Positions 46,346 through 59,200 of a stretch of 64,000 bases of DNA are shown one piece after another. The notes under the pieces were generated by a model, which had not been told where the DNA came from, made no database searches, and was given only the letters and a program-made list of their open reading frames with translations. The stretch lies in NCBI RefSeq assembly GCF_052425735.1, contig NC_135758.1, positions 38,502,001 to 38,566,000 of the forward strand, written 5' to 3'. This DNA comes from Oculina patagonica (taxonomy: Eukaryota). The first letter of the stretch is position 1. Each line of letters starts with the position of its first letter. The position numbers and the translations under genes were made by a program.

Positions 46346-47545
46346 ATGAGTCCTCTGAACCCTGTGATGGATTGGGTCAATCGAGAAACTGCTCATAAAC
46401 ACCCTGTAAGAGACATTCTTTGCTTTCTAAAATAACATGACATATTCCACTCAAATAATGATTTTGAGAGACTCGACTCAGTATGTATAAAAACAATATG
46501 CAAAGCTGTGACTCTCTGTTTTGCTCAGCATTGCTATTTTTTACTATCATTGGGTTTTACAAAGGTCATTTGTTAGTTTTGTTTCTTCTAAAGTGTCCCA
46601 TCTCTTTAAAGTTTTCTTGAAATTTCTTGCAAGCTTACACTGAGAATAATTTTATGGTGTAACAGAACTCCACATCTTTTTATGCGTCTGTCCTTTTATG
46701 TCACTGAATATTAGTCATCAAGACATCAGCCAACCAATAATATCCTTCCATAGAAAAATTACACAATTGTATTGCACCACACAGTGGAACCCCGCCTTAT
46801 GGACACCCACTCAAATTATACGGACACCCGCTTATTTTAGGGGTGGTGAATGGTCCTTCAAAAAATGCATGTCTCACAAAATTTTAGCCAAATTTCAGGG
46901 GTCTCGTTGTCTTGAATTTTTCTTTGACGCCTTCTTGGAGTCTTGATTTCTTTTGCAAGGCTACTAACGTCTCGGGCTCGCAGAAAAGATATCAGTCTCG
47001 CCGTCTCCCAAAGTCTCGCATTTACCATTCGATACCTCTTATTATGGACAGTTTTGTTTGCCTTGACAGAAAGCTCATACATTTTCTCCCCTTAACCTGC
47101 TTGATACGGACAATGGTGAATAGGAAAACAGACACTTTTCTGTGAGCCAAGTAAAATGCTCTTAAACAAAGTTGACCGTGCTTTACAGATACTTTTCGGT
47201 TACTGCTTATCTTTGTACCCTATATCTTCATTTGTAACCTTTATTAATTGTAGTTACAGGTACATTTTTGATCTCAACAGGATTTAGCAGAATGGAGGAA
47301 ATGTCAAGCAAAAGCTGGTTGGTATGGAACATTGTCAGTCATCATAGGTGAGTATAATATTATGCACAATGTGAAGCTGCTCTATTGGAGAAAATCTTAC
47401 GATTGTGTAAATAATTATTGGAAAAATTATTAGATATGTGGCCACACAGGGATGATTTTTTTCTAAGTTGATTTCTCTTCAAGATAAAATAAATTAAAAA
47501 CATTGACTTTAAGGTCTTTCTAATTCCTGGCATATCCCTTTTTTG

Positions 47546-47584
<39 letters not shown>

Positions 47585-49974
47585 CGGGGGGGGGGGGGGG
47601 GGGGGGGGGGGGAGGGGGGGGGGGGGGAGGCGGGGGCCGCCGGACCCCGCCCCCGGCAGCGGTGTTTGTTTATTGTATACATGTAAATTATATACTGTCA
47701 ATATTAATGGACATTTGACAATCTTTGGACCCTCTTTCCCAAGGATTCTCAAACATAGATCATGCAAACAGTTCTGAAAACTGCCAAGGAAGATCTGAAG
47801 ATGGTTTGATTATACCTCATCAGATGTAAAGGGATAATTTGATGTGTGTAATGAAAATTTGTTCACATACATCGCATAATTTACCTGCTTTCTTTTTTTG
47901 TCTGTAGGAAGTGGCGTGGCATTTGCAGGACTTTCACTTTTCCGTCAAGTACCCAAGAAATACATTCCACTTCTCTCTCTTAGTATGTATAATAACATCA
48001 GAACTACTGTTACTTCTTTAATTTATGACATTTTAGATACTCTGAGCTAGTGTTTTAGTGACTGAAAGGGTCAACAGTGAGTGACTTTCTGAGGAGTTGG
48101 GGATCTTTTTGAGGATAACCCAAGAGGGTTTATTTTCAGGGGGACCCCATTGAGAGTTATTTTTGTAAGTCAATAACAGTATACCAAAAAAGCCATGTGT
48201 CATAGGGCTACTCAGGTTTACTGCGCCTTTCAATAACACATGAATGCTGCTCAAGTCAACGCTTACATTTTTTGCTGCCTTCTATCTCAGCGGTCCTCTC
48301 AGGAAACAGAAGTTCACTTGAACCTGGCCAAAAGGTCACCTTTGTAGGTTGTGATTACTTACTACTTTTCTTCATCGGGCCCATGAGGACTCTAGGTTGT
48401 GATTGGTAGAGTTCAATCCATTTTCAAGTGTTTGTTTCTGTTTTTCAAGGTTTCTTGGCTGTCAAAGATGCAGTTGTTATTGGGTTTTGAACTTCAGAGT
48501 TTGTGTGTTATTGATAAGCACAGTAAATGATGGCAAAGCACGAAGGATTTTTGGTGGTTTGTTATTTGTCATTAGGGGATCCTTCTTTTTTTAAGGGAGA
48601 GGGATAAAACTTTGTCCAGTAGTTTTTTTAGGTAGTGTGATTTGGGGTAGTTAAAAGAATGGTATGGGATAGTTTTTTTTTTGTTTTGGTTGTTTGGGTC
48701 AATTTTTGGCCCATGGGAGATTTTTTGGGGTATTAAATTATTATGGCTTTGTTCACGCCACCCAGTCGCTTTTAAACCAAAGTACCTCTCCCAGGGGTTT
48801 GTGACGTACCACAAATAAGTATTGAATTGCTTTGTTTTATCCAATGCCTCTCTTAGCCATGCATGTAACAGTAACTTAAAAGCCTTAGTGTTTTTGTACT
48901 GTTAAACTATTTGATTTTCTTTTAGTATGTTATATCATGCTCCTATTTTTCCACGTTGCACTCTTTCAGGTGCTGGAGCTGGCTGTGGATGGTTAGTTGC
49001 AAACAGAATAGTTATGTCATACCGCAGAACTCAGATGGATCCTGCTGTTGCAGATGTCAATCAGTCTTTAGGTTAGCAACAGACTGTAGAGTTGGATAGA
49101 TTATAGTCTCCCTTTTAAGAGTTAACTGATGGCTTCTTTCAGCCAGTCTGTATATGTATGAGACAAGAAAGCAAAACGTCTATAACCTGCAATCAGGCAC
49201 TTTTTTTGTGATGACAAGTAGGGAAGAAGGGCATGATCGCAGGTTAAAACGTAGAGGGCGGCAATAGATTTTGGTGATAATTGTAACAAACAAATGAATA
49301 TTATGAACAAACTTTGTGTTCCTAATCATTTCTAAAGGCGTTGGCCAGCATTTTTTGGAGAAGGATGTTGATGGGCTTCTTTTATTTCTGGTGCGTTTCC
49401 AGGAAACATCCACACCCACACTAAGGAGGGCCATTGGAAATTCTGAGGGGGAGGGGGTCTCAAAAAGAACATATGAAGCTAAACTGGAATTTCCAGAGGG
49501 GTGGGTGCAGGGAGGCATTCAAAGATGTTTTGTGGAATAGCACATTAGCAATCTGATAAAATCTGGTTTTAAACAAAACTTTATTTTTGGTATAGCACAT
49601 GTGGTAATACCCTCTGGAACACTGGTATGGCAGTTCTCCAACCTTTTTAATTTTTGGGTGACTCTCTCCAGATATTTCTTTCCAGTCTTAGGCCATGGAT
49701 CATTTGTGCATATTTATTGGACATGAAGGTCATGTTGTGTCAGTGATTTAGAACTGTTTCTTCAGTCATGAGTTAATTTTCCTGAAGTTACAAAGTCATG
49801 TTTCTTTAACCATGAAGAATCCATGTAAAAATGGATTGATTGCACTAATAACAATATTCCATTTCGTCACATTAATTGCTTTTATCTTTTCTCTTTTGTA
49901 CAGAAAAGGAAGACAATGGTATACCTCCACTCCAGGAATCAAAGTTTGGGGACAAAAACTTCATCAAGGAATAA
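46346..49974 (+). CDS. TMEM141: TMEM141-like small membrane protein, 5 exons, 124 aa
   Basis: join(46346-46405, 47281-47347, 47908-47982, 48970-49071, 49904-49974) = 375 nt. Translation: MSPLNPVMDWVNRETAHKHP|DLAEWRKCQAKAGWYGTLSVIIG|SGVAFAGLSLF…|SAGAGCGWLVANRIV…|…ESKFGDKNFIKE*. KHP|xLxExxxCQ matches human TMEM141 as recalled. Not in the ORF track. Confidence 0.8.
46839..47039. mobile_element. Short MITE nested in a pogo-like MITE (~46781-47170); second partial copy at 51420-51510
   Basis: TIR-like aggggtggtgaatggt / accattcgatacctct. The segment ttagccaaatttcaggggtct…gttgtcttgaatttt is shared with 51460-51500. Confidence 0.55.
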
Positions 49975-50387
49975 TAAATAATAAGTTGCTGTATTTTAAA
50001 GTGCGTTTGAAACTGGATAGCTTATTGAAAAGAAATGCTTAGTTAATTATAAAACAGTGTCTTTATAGAGCTAAAAGAACACTAGTCAATGTGGCAGTTT
50101 GAAAGGAAATGAGACTGTTGGATTTATGCTCAGTAACAACTTGTGTTCTCTCTGAAAGCCTCATCTGGCTGCAAACAGGCCACAATTTGGCTGTACTAAT
50201 TGCTTGGGTGTATAATAATAAGTAGACTGAAGTTTTTGAATGAGAAAATCACTGACAGTCTGAACCAATAGACTCTGGACAAAAAATTGTGGCTACTTCA
50301 CCTGTATGACGAGTTGGCTGTACATGTATGTAATTCTAATAAAAATGCAGTGGCAACGAGGTGGGTGTTGCTACATGCTATATTTAA

Positions 50388-51173
50388 AGTGTATATGACA
50401 TGAAAAATATTTTCTGCTTATTTGAAAGGCCTTTTGAAATACAGAAGAATGGCGTTTTTCTTTTCGAAATATCTTTTTTCGTTTCAGAGATATTGACGTT
50501 TTTGTATTATGCAAATTAGATCAGTGATGACGTCACAAGATTTGACTCTAAAAATGGTAAAATACTGAATAAACAATATCTCTAAAACTATTGAAGCAGT
50601 GTTCTTGAAACTTGGCACCACAAATGTGCATCACAAAAGGAACAAAATAACACCCTTAGTATTGTTGCCATAGCAACTCTTTCAGCTCCAGTCTCTCTCT
50701 GTCAATAAGACAAATATCCCCATATCTGACCTCTAAAGTGAGACAAAGGGTCCTGCTTAGAACAGACATAGTTCCCATATTGCCTTAATTCCCACCATTG
50801 GTTTGGCTGCGCTAGATGGTTCTTGGTTTAAGACAAAAACTGGGAATTTCAGTTTTTATTGAGACAGCACCAGCGGCAAAACTGTTGTCATGGCAACAGC
50901 CCTAAGAGTAACATTTTGCTTCTTTTGTGATGCACATTTGTGGTGCCAAGTTCCGAGAACACTGCTTTAATAGTTTTAGAGATATTGTTTATTCAGTATT
51001 TTACCATTTTTAGAGTCAAATCTTGTGACGTCATCACTGATCTAATTTGCATAATACAAAAACGTCAATATCTCTGAAACGAAAAAAGATATTTCGAAAA
51101 GAAAAACGCCATTCTTCTGTATTTCAAAAGGCCTTTCAAATAAGCAGAAAATATTTTTCATGTCATATACACT
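50388..51173. mobile_element. Kolobok-like non-autonomous element with ~290-bp near-perfect TIRs
   Basis: TTAA|AGTGTATATGACATGAAAAATATTTTCTGC… mirrored by …GCAGAAAATATTTTTCATGTCATATACACT|TTAA. TTAA TSD and 5'-RR termini. Confidence 0.88.
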
Positions 51174-52915
51174 TTAATGACTATAGATCTGCTCCTCAAA
51201 TATGCACCCCTGAGAATTATGGTAAGTAGTTAAGAATCTCCTTGTAAATAGATGGTGTTTGAAATTCATTAGCATTAATTTACAGACTGTGAATAAAGTT
51301 TGAATATTTGCAAAGTTGTGTATAATAATTATTTTTCATAAGACTGATATTGACTGAGTTTTTTGAGAACGATAAAATGCTGTGGAATAACAAGCCAATA
51401 ATAATATTATAGTTTAGTTGGGGTGGTGAATAGACCTTCCAAAAATGTGTCTCTCAAAATTTTAGCCAAATTTCAGGGGTCTGGTTGTCTTGAATTTTTC
51501 TTTGATGCCTAACTGACATATGATTTGAAATGAGCGCCCTCTCTATTAAGCCCCCCCCCCCCAAGGGGGACATAATTAGACTCTAAATAGAGCTTTTTCG
51601 GTATCTGTCAAAACATGTAATGAGTGAAGTGGCGAGCTATGCACATTATACTTTTTAATATATTTTTAATATTGAGACCCCCCTGGCCCGGAATTCTTAA
51701 AAGTCTGAAATATGATTTCCCCAACCTTGTTCCCAGGACTTTTATTTTGCTAATTTGACTTAAATACCAAGAGAAAAGCCCTTGGAACGAGGTTGTGATA
51801 TCCCCAGCCTCTCCTGCCTGGGATACAAATTGTGGCCGCCTTATTACTTGAGGTCACAATTAAAACTGAAGCAGAGTGTCAGACTTATACTGCTTATTGT
51901 TTAGATTTGTCTTCTGATGAGAAATCAAGGAAGTTGATATGGGCGCGACAAGGGCGTGACTTTCTTGGAAGAGGTCAGATATGGATCATCAATCTCACTT
52001 CCGGTACTTGTTGCGCTAAGGATCATGGGATTCATCTTGACTGGAAGTCACTACACACGGACCGTGTTTTTCTCTCGGAAGCTACAGTAGTGCACGGGAA
52101 AAGCGAAGTTTCTTACGGTTTCCCATCGTCCTGCAACATAGAAAGTAAAATTCTTGGGTCTTTGGAGAAACAGTTTTTGCAAAGGTTGTCATGTGACATT
52201 GTTTTGGAGCGGGGCATGAAGCTTCATTGAAGGCGACTTGTGGTGTAGGTATGCGGTAGAGTAAACAAGTTAATGTGTGCAGCGCGTACATTTAGGACAA
52301 TTTCTTCTCCTCCGTTTTAGCTAAATATCTTGACAATCCACAACGTGTTATTGCTAAAAGGGAATTTTATTTACTGTCAAAGGAAAGCAAGTCAAATTTG
52401 GTTCTTCTTCGTACGTTTTGATTTGACTCCCAGCTGTTGGTCTCGATCGGACAGCTTGTCGTATTTGTCTGTTATGAAGTATTTCAAAGTAAATAATGGG
52501 GATTACATTCTTTCGATAAGATTCTGGTCTTGAAAACAAAACAGTACCACTTCTTGTATTGTTAAACATTTCTGTTTCGCAAAAGGGGCTTTGAGGTCAA
52601 CGGCATGAATTGTTTCTTTGTAGGTTAGGCTTATATTTGAAGCTTATAAAATGCCCGCATTTGATCGGAAATGCCTCATGTTGGCTGCTAGTATTGACAT
52701 GTTGGAATTTCTGTGTATTGAATTAGCTCTGTCATGTTTGTTCCCCTAGAAAATCGCTAATAAAAATGGCTATAACGATTCCTTAAAGAGCAAATTTTGC
52801 TTGTTTTTATTTGGGAGAAAACCCATGCAAAAGTGAGTTTGATGTTTGCGTGTCGCACGTCAAGAAATGGTCCACTCAAGTCTAGCTGTTGACTCGTTTA
52901 TAACAAACCGCGAAA

Positions 52916-52971
52916 AATTCCCGAACGGAATATATGGACGTGAATTCCCGGACGGAATATATGGATGTGGC
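52916..52971. repeat. 27-bp tandem duplication
   Basis: aattcccgaacggaatatatggacgtg / aattcccggacggaatatatggatgtg. Confidence 0.8.
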
Positions 52972-55900
52972 CATATATTTACTGTAGCTGTTGTTAAACC
53001 AGATTTATATTTGTTGATTTTCTTTGAACATAGATTTATCCATGATTAAACAGATATAATCGAAGCTTAAAACTGTTCTAGAAGGGCAGCTTATATTCGC
53101 ACGTAAACTATAAATATCGTTGTGCGAGTGATTATAAAATATTGTTTAAAACACACACCCGTGACTAAATTTGGGTCTCAAGGCGTACATCTCCGCCGTC
53201 AACTTATGTCACATAGGTGTTACGTTTTTACGTGTAAATCCAGAGAAGTCAGAGATATTTATAGTTCGTTTAGTAAGTCTCTCTGATCCGAGAAGAGGTC
53301 AAGAAAGGTGTAATGTGATTTCATGGTGTTGAAATTACATCTTTCCGACGTCTTTACAATAGAAATTGTAGTTTGGTCGCCGTCTCACCCACAATTTAAT
53401 TATAGCGATCCAGTTTACAACAATAGTAATATTTTTACCTCCGTAAAAGGAAAACGCTACAAAAGGGAGGCGTAATTCAAATAAGTTTACTTGAATTTGT
53501 TCACAAGCTCATTATTTTAGCATTCAAATTGGATGACATGACTTTCTTACTTTAGGATCATTATTGAGCCAAGCCCAGCCCCATTGGCTATAGTCAGTTG
53601 TTCCCACCTGTCAAGCACAGAAATAGTAAAATTTGAATGACAGGAAATTTTGCTAATGGGAAAATCTTTTCATTGTTTTTGGTGGTAAATTCAGGCTGAT
53701 GAAGTTTCTGTGGTTACAAAAAGTGAAAATTAATTATTTGAAGATGTGGAAATGAATAATTTGTTAATCAACATGAAATCCCATCTTTTAATGCTGTTAT
53801 AATTTTACTATGTCAAACTTCAGCTTTGGCTGGGATAAGAAAACAGGGTCATGTGGATTGAGATAATCATAAGACTAAACAGGGTTCTGTTGGGAGTTTA
53901 TGAGGATTCAGTTCTAATCTTGGGATTCAAGTATTTTGGTTTAAAATGATGTCATTTTGTGGGTGATTGTGCTTTGTCTTGGTTTTAAAAAATTAAAACT
54001 AGTTAACCAGAGTGGTAAAGAAAATACACAGCTTAAGGGACAAAATAATGCAGAGATGGAGCTGAGAAAGAACCAAGCAGGTTGATTTACCCTTTATTTA
54101 AATAATTTTTGTAAATATTTATGTAGGCCTTTTTTTAGATTAATAAAATTGTTTCCATTAAGGGGGTCCCCTTGGAAAATGTGGTGTCTGCTTAATTCAG
54201 CTTATTTTTAGTTAGAAAGATACCCAGGGTGTGGTTAAGGGTTTGTTGAAGCTAATATAATGAACACAGAGCTCATATTTTTCATTCAAAAATTTAATAG
54301 TGCCACATACTAATATACTTATATCAATATTTAGTAACAAGTAGCTTGAATGTGCTATTGTTGACTATTTTTTGACTCTTTCTAGTGTGTCCTCATAATT
54401 GGCATGTACTAAACCTGAAACAACAAAATGAAATCAGCAAAATGAAACAACCAAAATCAAAGCAGTTAGACACCTGAAATGGCCAAAATGGCCAAAATGG
54501 CAAAAACAAAACAAAATCACCATATCAAAATCACCTGAAATTGCCAAAACAAAATCACCAAAGCAAGCAAAACCCATTGCCATTATTGAGGTTAGCCTGT
54601 TTACTGTTAGTTCCCAAAATGACAGTGGATTTTGCTTGTTTCAGTTGTTTTGATGCTTCATTTTGATGTCAGCTTCTATTTTTTGGTTGTTTCATTTTGC
54701 TTGTTCAGGTTTCAGGAAAGTGTCATAATTCAGGGTTTAAAAGTGGCATCCTCTTTGATGTGTGTTTCAGTTGCGAAATTTTTATATATAGGTTTTGTCT
54801 CGTAATAGTTAAAAGTTTCAGCTGAAACTGTTATGAGTCTTCATTAGCTGACACTGTTATGAGTCTATATTTCTATTTTCTTTTAGCAATTTTAGTCAAC
54901 TTAGATGTGCTCTATTCTAAAAAACATAAGCTTGTAGTTTTACTTAGGTAAAGAGAAATCAGCAAGTAGATCTCATACAGAGAACAAAATAGCTCAAAAT
55001 TATGACAAAATCATGAGACTTGGGAGGTCTGCCGCTGCTCAAAATCATGTCCTATTGTAGCTTACTTGACTATAATAATAATTATTATATCAGACTTTCT
55101 TCTGCTTCTTCTTCCTCTGTAGTGAGATAAATGTTCTCACGTGTATGCAGTACGACAAACAAGAACTAGAGTGGACTAGAGTGATAAAAATACTACCCAC
55201 AAAGCTGTTTTTTTCCTTACTAGAATAAAAATATCATTCTTGTTTCCAAAAAATATTCATTTATTTTAATAAGTTGATTTGGTAAAAATGTGTTTGAGTA
55301 TCACAAAAAAAGTCATGTAAATAATTAAGCTGCAGTATTTGCAAAACCTGAAAGTCATCATGTTTATTCATACTGTTGTAACTGAGTCATGCACTTGGAC
55401 AGACAGGTGAAACTGTTTTAAATCATTTTTCAACCTTTTAAATGTCTTTTGATATCATTCCCCTTCAAACTGATAAGAACATAGAAGCATAACTTTCATA
55501 TTTCATAATTAATGTTTAGTTTCTGTGTTACCATTTTAGTTTACATATTATGTGGATAACATTGTATACCTTATATAATTAACAGTAGCTTTTGATTAGT
55601 GAGATAATAATCAAGGGAACTGCTTTGAATATTAGAATGTTGGCTTTTCACAAGTATAGGTGTTGATACTTGCTTGAGAAATTGTGTTGTTTTTATTCAA
55701 TTAGCAAGACAGTAATTAAATGATTAACAGAAGTATCAATGTGCAAACTGGGGTTCTAGAAGAGTCTTTGAGACACAAAACTGTGGACTTTATAACCATC
55801 TTTTCTTTTATTTCAATACATATCTTGTGCAATCTGATTCCATTGCATTTAATTGGAAGACAATACAGCACTGTTGTCTAGGAGGCAAGGAATAGGCATG

Positions 55901-56227
55901 TCTTTTATTTAGTCATGGAATGTTAATTATCTTGGCAGACATTCAAATGTTCAATTTGTCAAAATTCTATACCCCAACCTTGAACATTTAGAAGCTGGCT
56001 TGAATAAAGCTTTCTTGTGTACTTAAGAGTCACGTAAGACAGGTTTTGTAAGTCAATCACTAGGCATTTCAGTCGGTATTATCTAAAACATATTTATTTA
56101 GCAGTGGACATTGTTAATCGTAAACTGCAATAACTTTGGCTCTAACATACCAAGGAAGATTTTCTTCTTGGTGGCAAAAGACATGATATTATCTTGTGTT
56201 GATTTCTGCAGGATGTTTTGAACTACA

Positions 56228-59200
56228 ATGGCCAAGATGAATACAGGAGGTACTATCCTCCAATCTGTATGTGTGACTTTTCTTTTAGTTAGCACTTTGA
56301 TTCAGCATGGAGCTTTTGACAAAGGTAAGCTCTAATCTGTGACTTTTAATCCTAGGATTTGTAAGAAAGATTTTCTGATTAATCTTTTGATAAGATTTGA
56401 CATAGTACTGGGTTTGTTTGAAGGTATATGCTTCATGTGGCAATATCAATCATGTTATTGTGAGACCAGTTTTGCAGTGTTACGAATCCAAACTATTTTT
56501 ATTTTTATGAAATAAGTTTTAGGTTAATAAATACCTGCTAGGTGTTAACTTAAATGATCTGATATTTTTTATATAAAATTATACACTATATTATTTCTCT
56601 GGGTTGATGAGACTGACAGCCTTCTTTTGGTTAATATAATTTTTAGAATTTCAATCCAAAACAGATTTTAGGCATTTATTGTGTTAAGTGAGATTTGTGG
56701 TAAGTGTACTCAAGCAGTTATTTTGTTTAATTAACACACTACATGTACATGTTTGTGTACATTGTACAACTTGCCCTAAAGGAGACATCAGACTGAGTAT
56801 TTTTCTCTTCTCCCACTTATTGATTGTCGATATCTGACCTTTTTGGCTGTTAAAATCAACAGCTAAAGTAAGGAAATACAGACTAGAACCATTAGCAAAT
56901 AAAAATCACTTCAAAGTTTTGCATGCAGATCCCTCGTCCAACTATCTTATAAGCAACAATTTCTTTTGTAATGTCTGTATGTACATGTATGTGTAAGATA
57001 CCTTTTTCTCTTGTCAAATAACTTCATTTGAAACCTCTTGCGAGAGACCACCACAATGTTTGGTAACCAACTAACCACCTTCACTCTATTTTTGTAGTAG
57101 AGATTTGCTCCAACTAATCCCCTGGTCTTTCTTATGTACATATACACCATGTACTGTAAATGAGGGCCAACACTTCTGCCGACCCTTTTGACCCAACTGC
57201 ATTTTGGTTGTGTTACTTACAATACATGTAAAATCCATCTTATCCTTTATAGATTGTTTGTCTCCTTTGGGAATGGAAGATAAACATATCAAGGACAGTC
57301 AACTTCGTTCTACAACGGATTTAAATGGTTTAGCTGGACCTAGCCATGCAAGATTGAACAATGATGAAGGCTATGGTGGGTGGTGTCCAAACCAAACAGC
57401 CTATAGAAATAAAACAGGACCATTTTATAGAGAGTTTATTCAGGTCAAGCTAAACACACCCTTAAGAATCAAAGGCATTGCTATGCAGGGACGTGCTAAG
57501 GGAGTGGAAAAAGTGGAACGTTACTGGATTGCTTATGAGACAGACAAAAGGTGGAAGTGGATTATTGATGAACAAACAAAAAATGTGAAGGTAAAAAATT
57601 TCTAGGTTTCTTGCACTCTTGGTTTTTTAGAATATCAGGTACATGTACCCAGTGAGACAGTTGTTCTTCTTATTTGTTTTGCCAGTGAGCAAAAGAGAAT
57701 GGATCTGATGTGATGTAAATTTTTATCTTTGGCTAAATATTTTTTAAAGCAGTTTATTTTTCTTTTTTATTGCCTCATATTCATTATGATCATAATCTGA
57801 AACAAATAAAAAAAAATCAAACTGGTTTAAAAATTTTAAACCAAAAATAAGTTTAACCCACAACAGATCCATAATTGTAAAAATAAGGGACTCTAGAACT
57901 ATATATTTGTGTTCTTGATTATACATTTTGGTTTAAATATTCTCAATGCTGTTGTTTAAAAAAAAGGAAAAAGTGAGACTTTTCTATGCATTTACAAGAG
58001 AACTTTGTCCAGTATGTACTTGAAAGTGGACTTTCTCTGCAGGGCTGTCACTAACTTTTCAAGTAGGAGGGGAAAGTAAAAAAGTAGGCGGGGACAAAAT
58101 TATTTTTTGTAACCCTGATTTGGTGAGGGGGAGGGGGGGGGGTAGGTAGGTGCGGAGGTTTAGGTTTTAGCCGTTTTAGGCAACAAAAGGTTTCTCAAAA
58201 CACATTGATTTCAATACAATTTTTTTTTATACCACTCCAACTTAAATTACAAGTGTTCTCTCTCTATATGGCATTGACAAGACCTGGTCTGGCTAGTTTT
58301 CAAGAGTCATTCTTGATTCTTGTATGCTTTTATCATGACAAAACATCTCAAGGTGACTAACAAAACATTTTTGATTTGACTTGGGGTATTTATCTTTTAA
58401 CTCTCTTTTCTTCACTTCAGTCCTACGAGAAATGTAAGTCCTTGAATTAGAATATCTTGCGAAACAGGTCACAGAAATGAAAACGGCCGGCGTGACTCGT
58501 GACTCATGGCGTGACAGAAAAGAGAAGTTAAAAAAGACTGGGAATGAATGACTGGGAATGAACTCGTGACAACGAGCAGAAAACATGGCGTCGAGAACGT
58601 TTCGGGAGCGTCAAACTGGTTCAGTTTTTCTGAAGGAAAACATTGCCTTGAGAAATTAACATGTCAAAACTTTCAGCATTGATATGAAATACAAAAAGAC
58701 GAGACAATTTTTTGTCAGGCAAAGCAATAACTGGAACGCATACAAAGCATGTACGATCGACTTTAATTTATTTCTTTGTTGATGTGCAAAAAAACAAAAG
58801 TCAACAGGCGAAACGAGGTTGTAAGTATGCAGTAAACTGATGGCAGATTTTTTCTCTGGAAATTGTGCACAGTTCAACTACCACTTGGCAACATGCATCT
58901 TTTGCAAATTCATTCACGTGTCATCCCGGGTGTTCGATTCGAAGGGAAACGCTGATCGATACTTAACCCGAACTGTTATTTGTTCGGTAAATTATAACTT
59001 TACCTTGAAGTGGAGCCAGGACAGAAGAAGAAGTCCAGTCTTCTTTGGTTAACGGCCTCTGCTTTCAGTTTTCTGGATGCCATACGCAGAGCCAAAAACT
59101 CCGACAACGAATGTGAATGAAACAAACACGTTGTAAAATCGCGCGCTTTCGAAAGCAGATGACATTGTTCAACATTACGCGTTTTCACTCAGAGCCTCGC

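Noticed and set aside
45455-46402. The 315-aa ORF as an independent gene or a selenocysteine/readthrough N-terminal extension
   Set aside because: No recognisable domain. Composition follows from A-depletion. TGA-AAG is not a readthrough-favouring context and no SECIS was seen. The apparent acceptor at 46404 is just the antisense of the TMEM141 donor. Kept only as a uORF hypothesis.
47545-47660. Poly-G tract, polyproline ORF and G-quadruplex candidate
   Set aside because: Intronic homopolymer run, probably inflated by sequencing or assembly error. No coding support.
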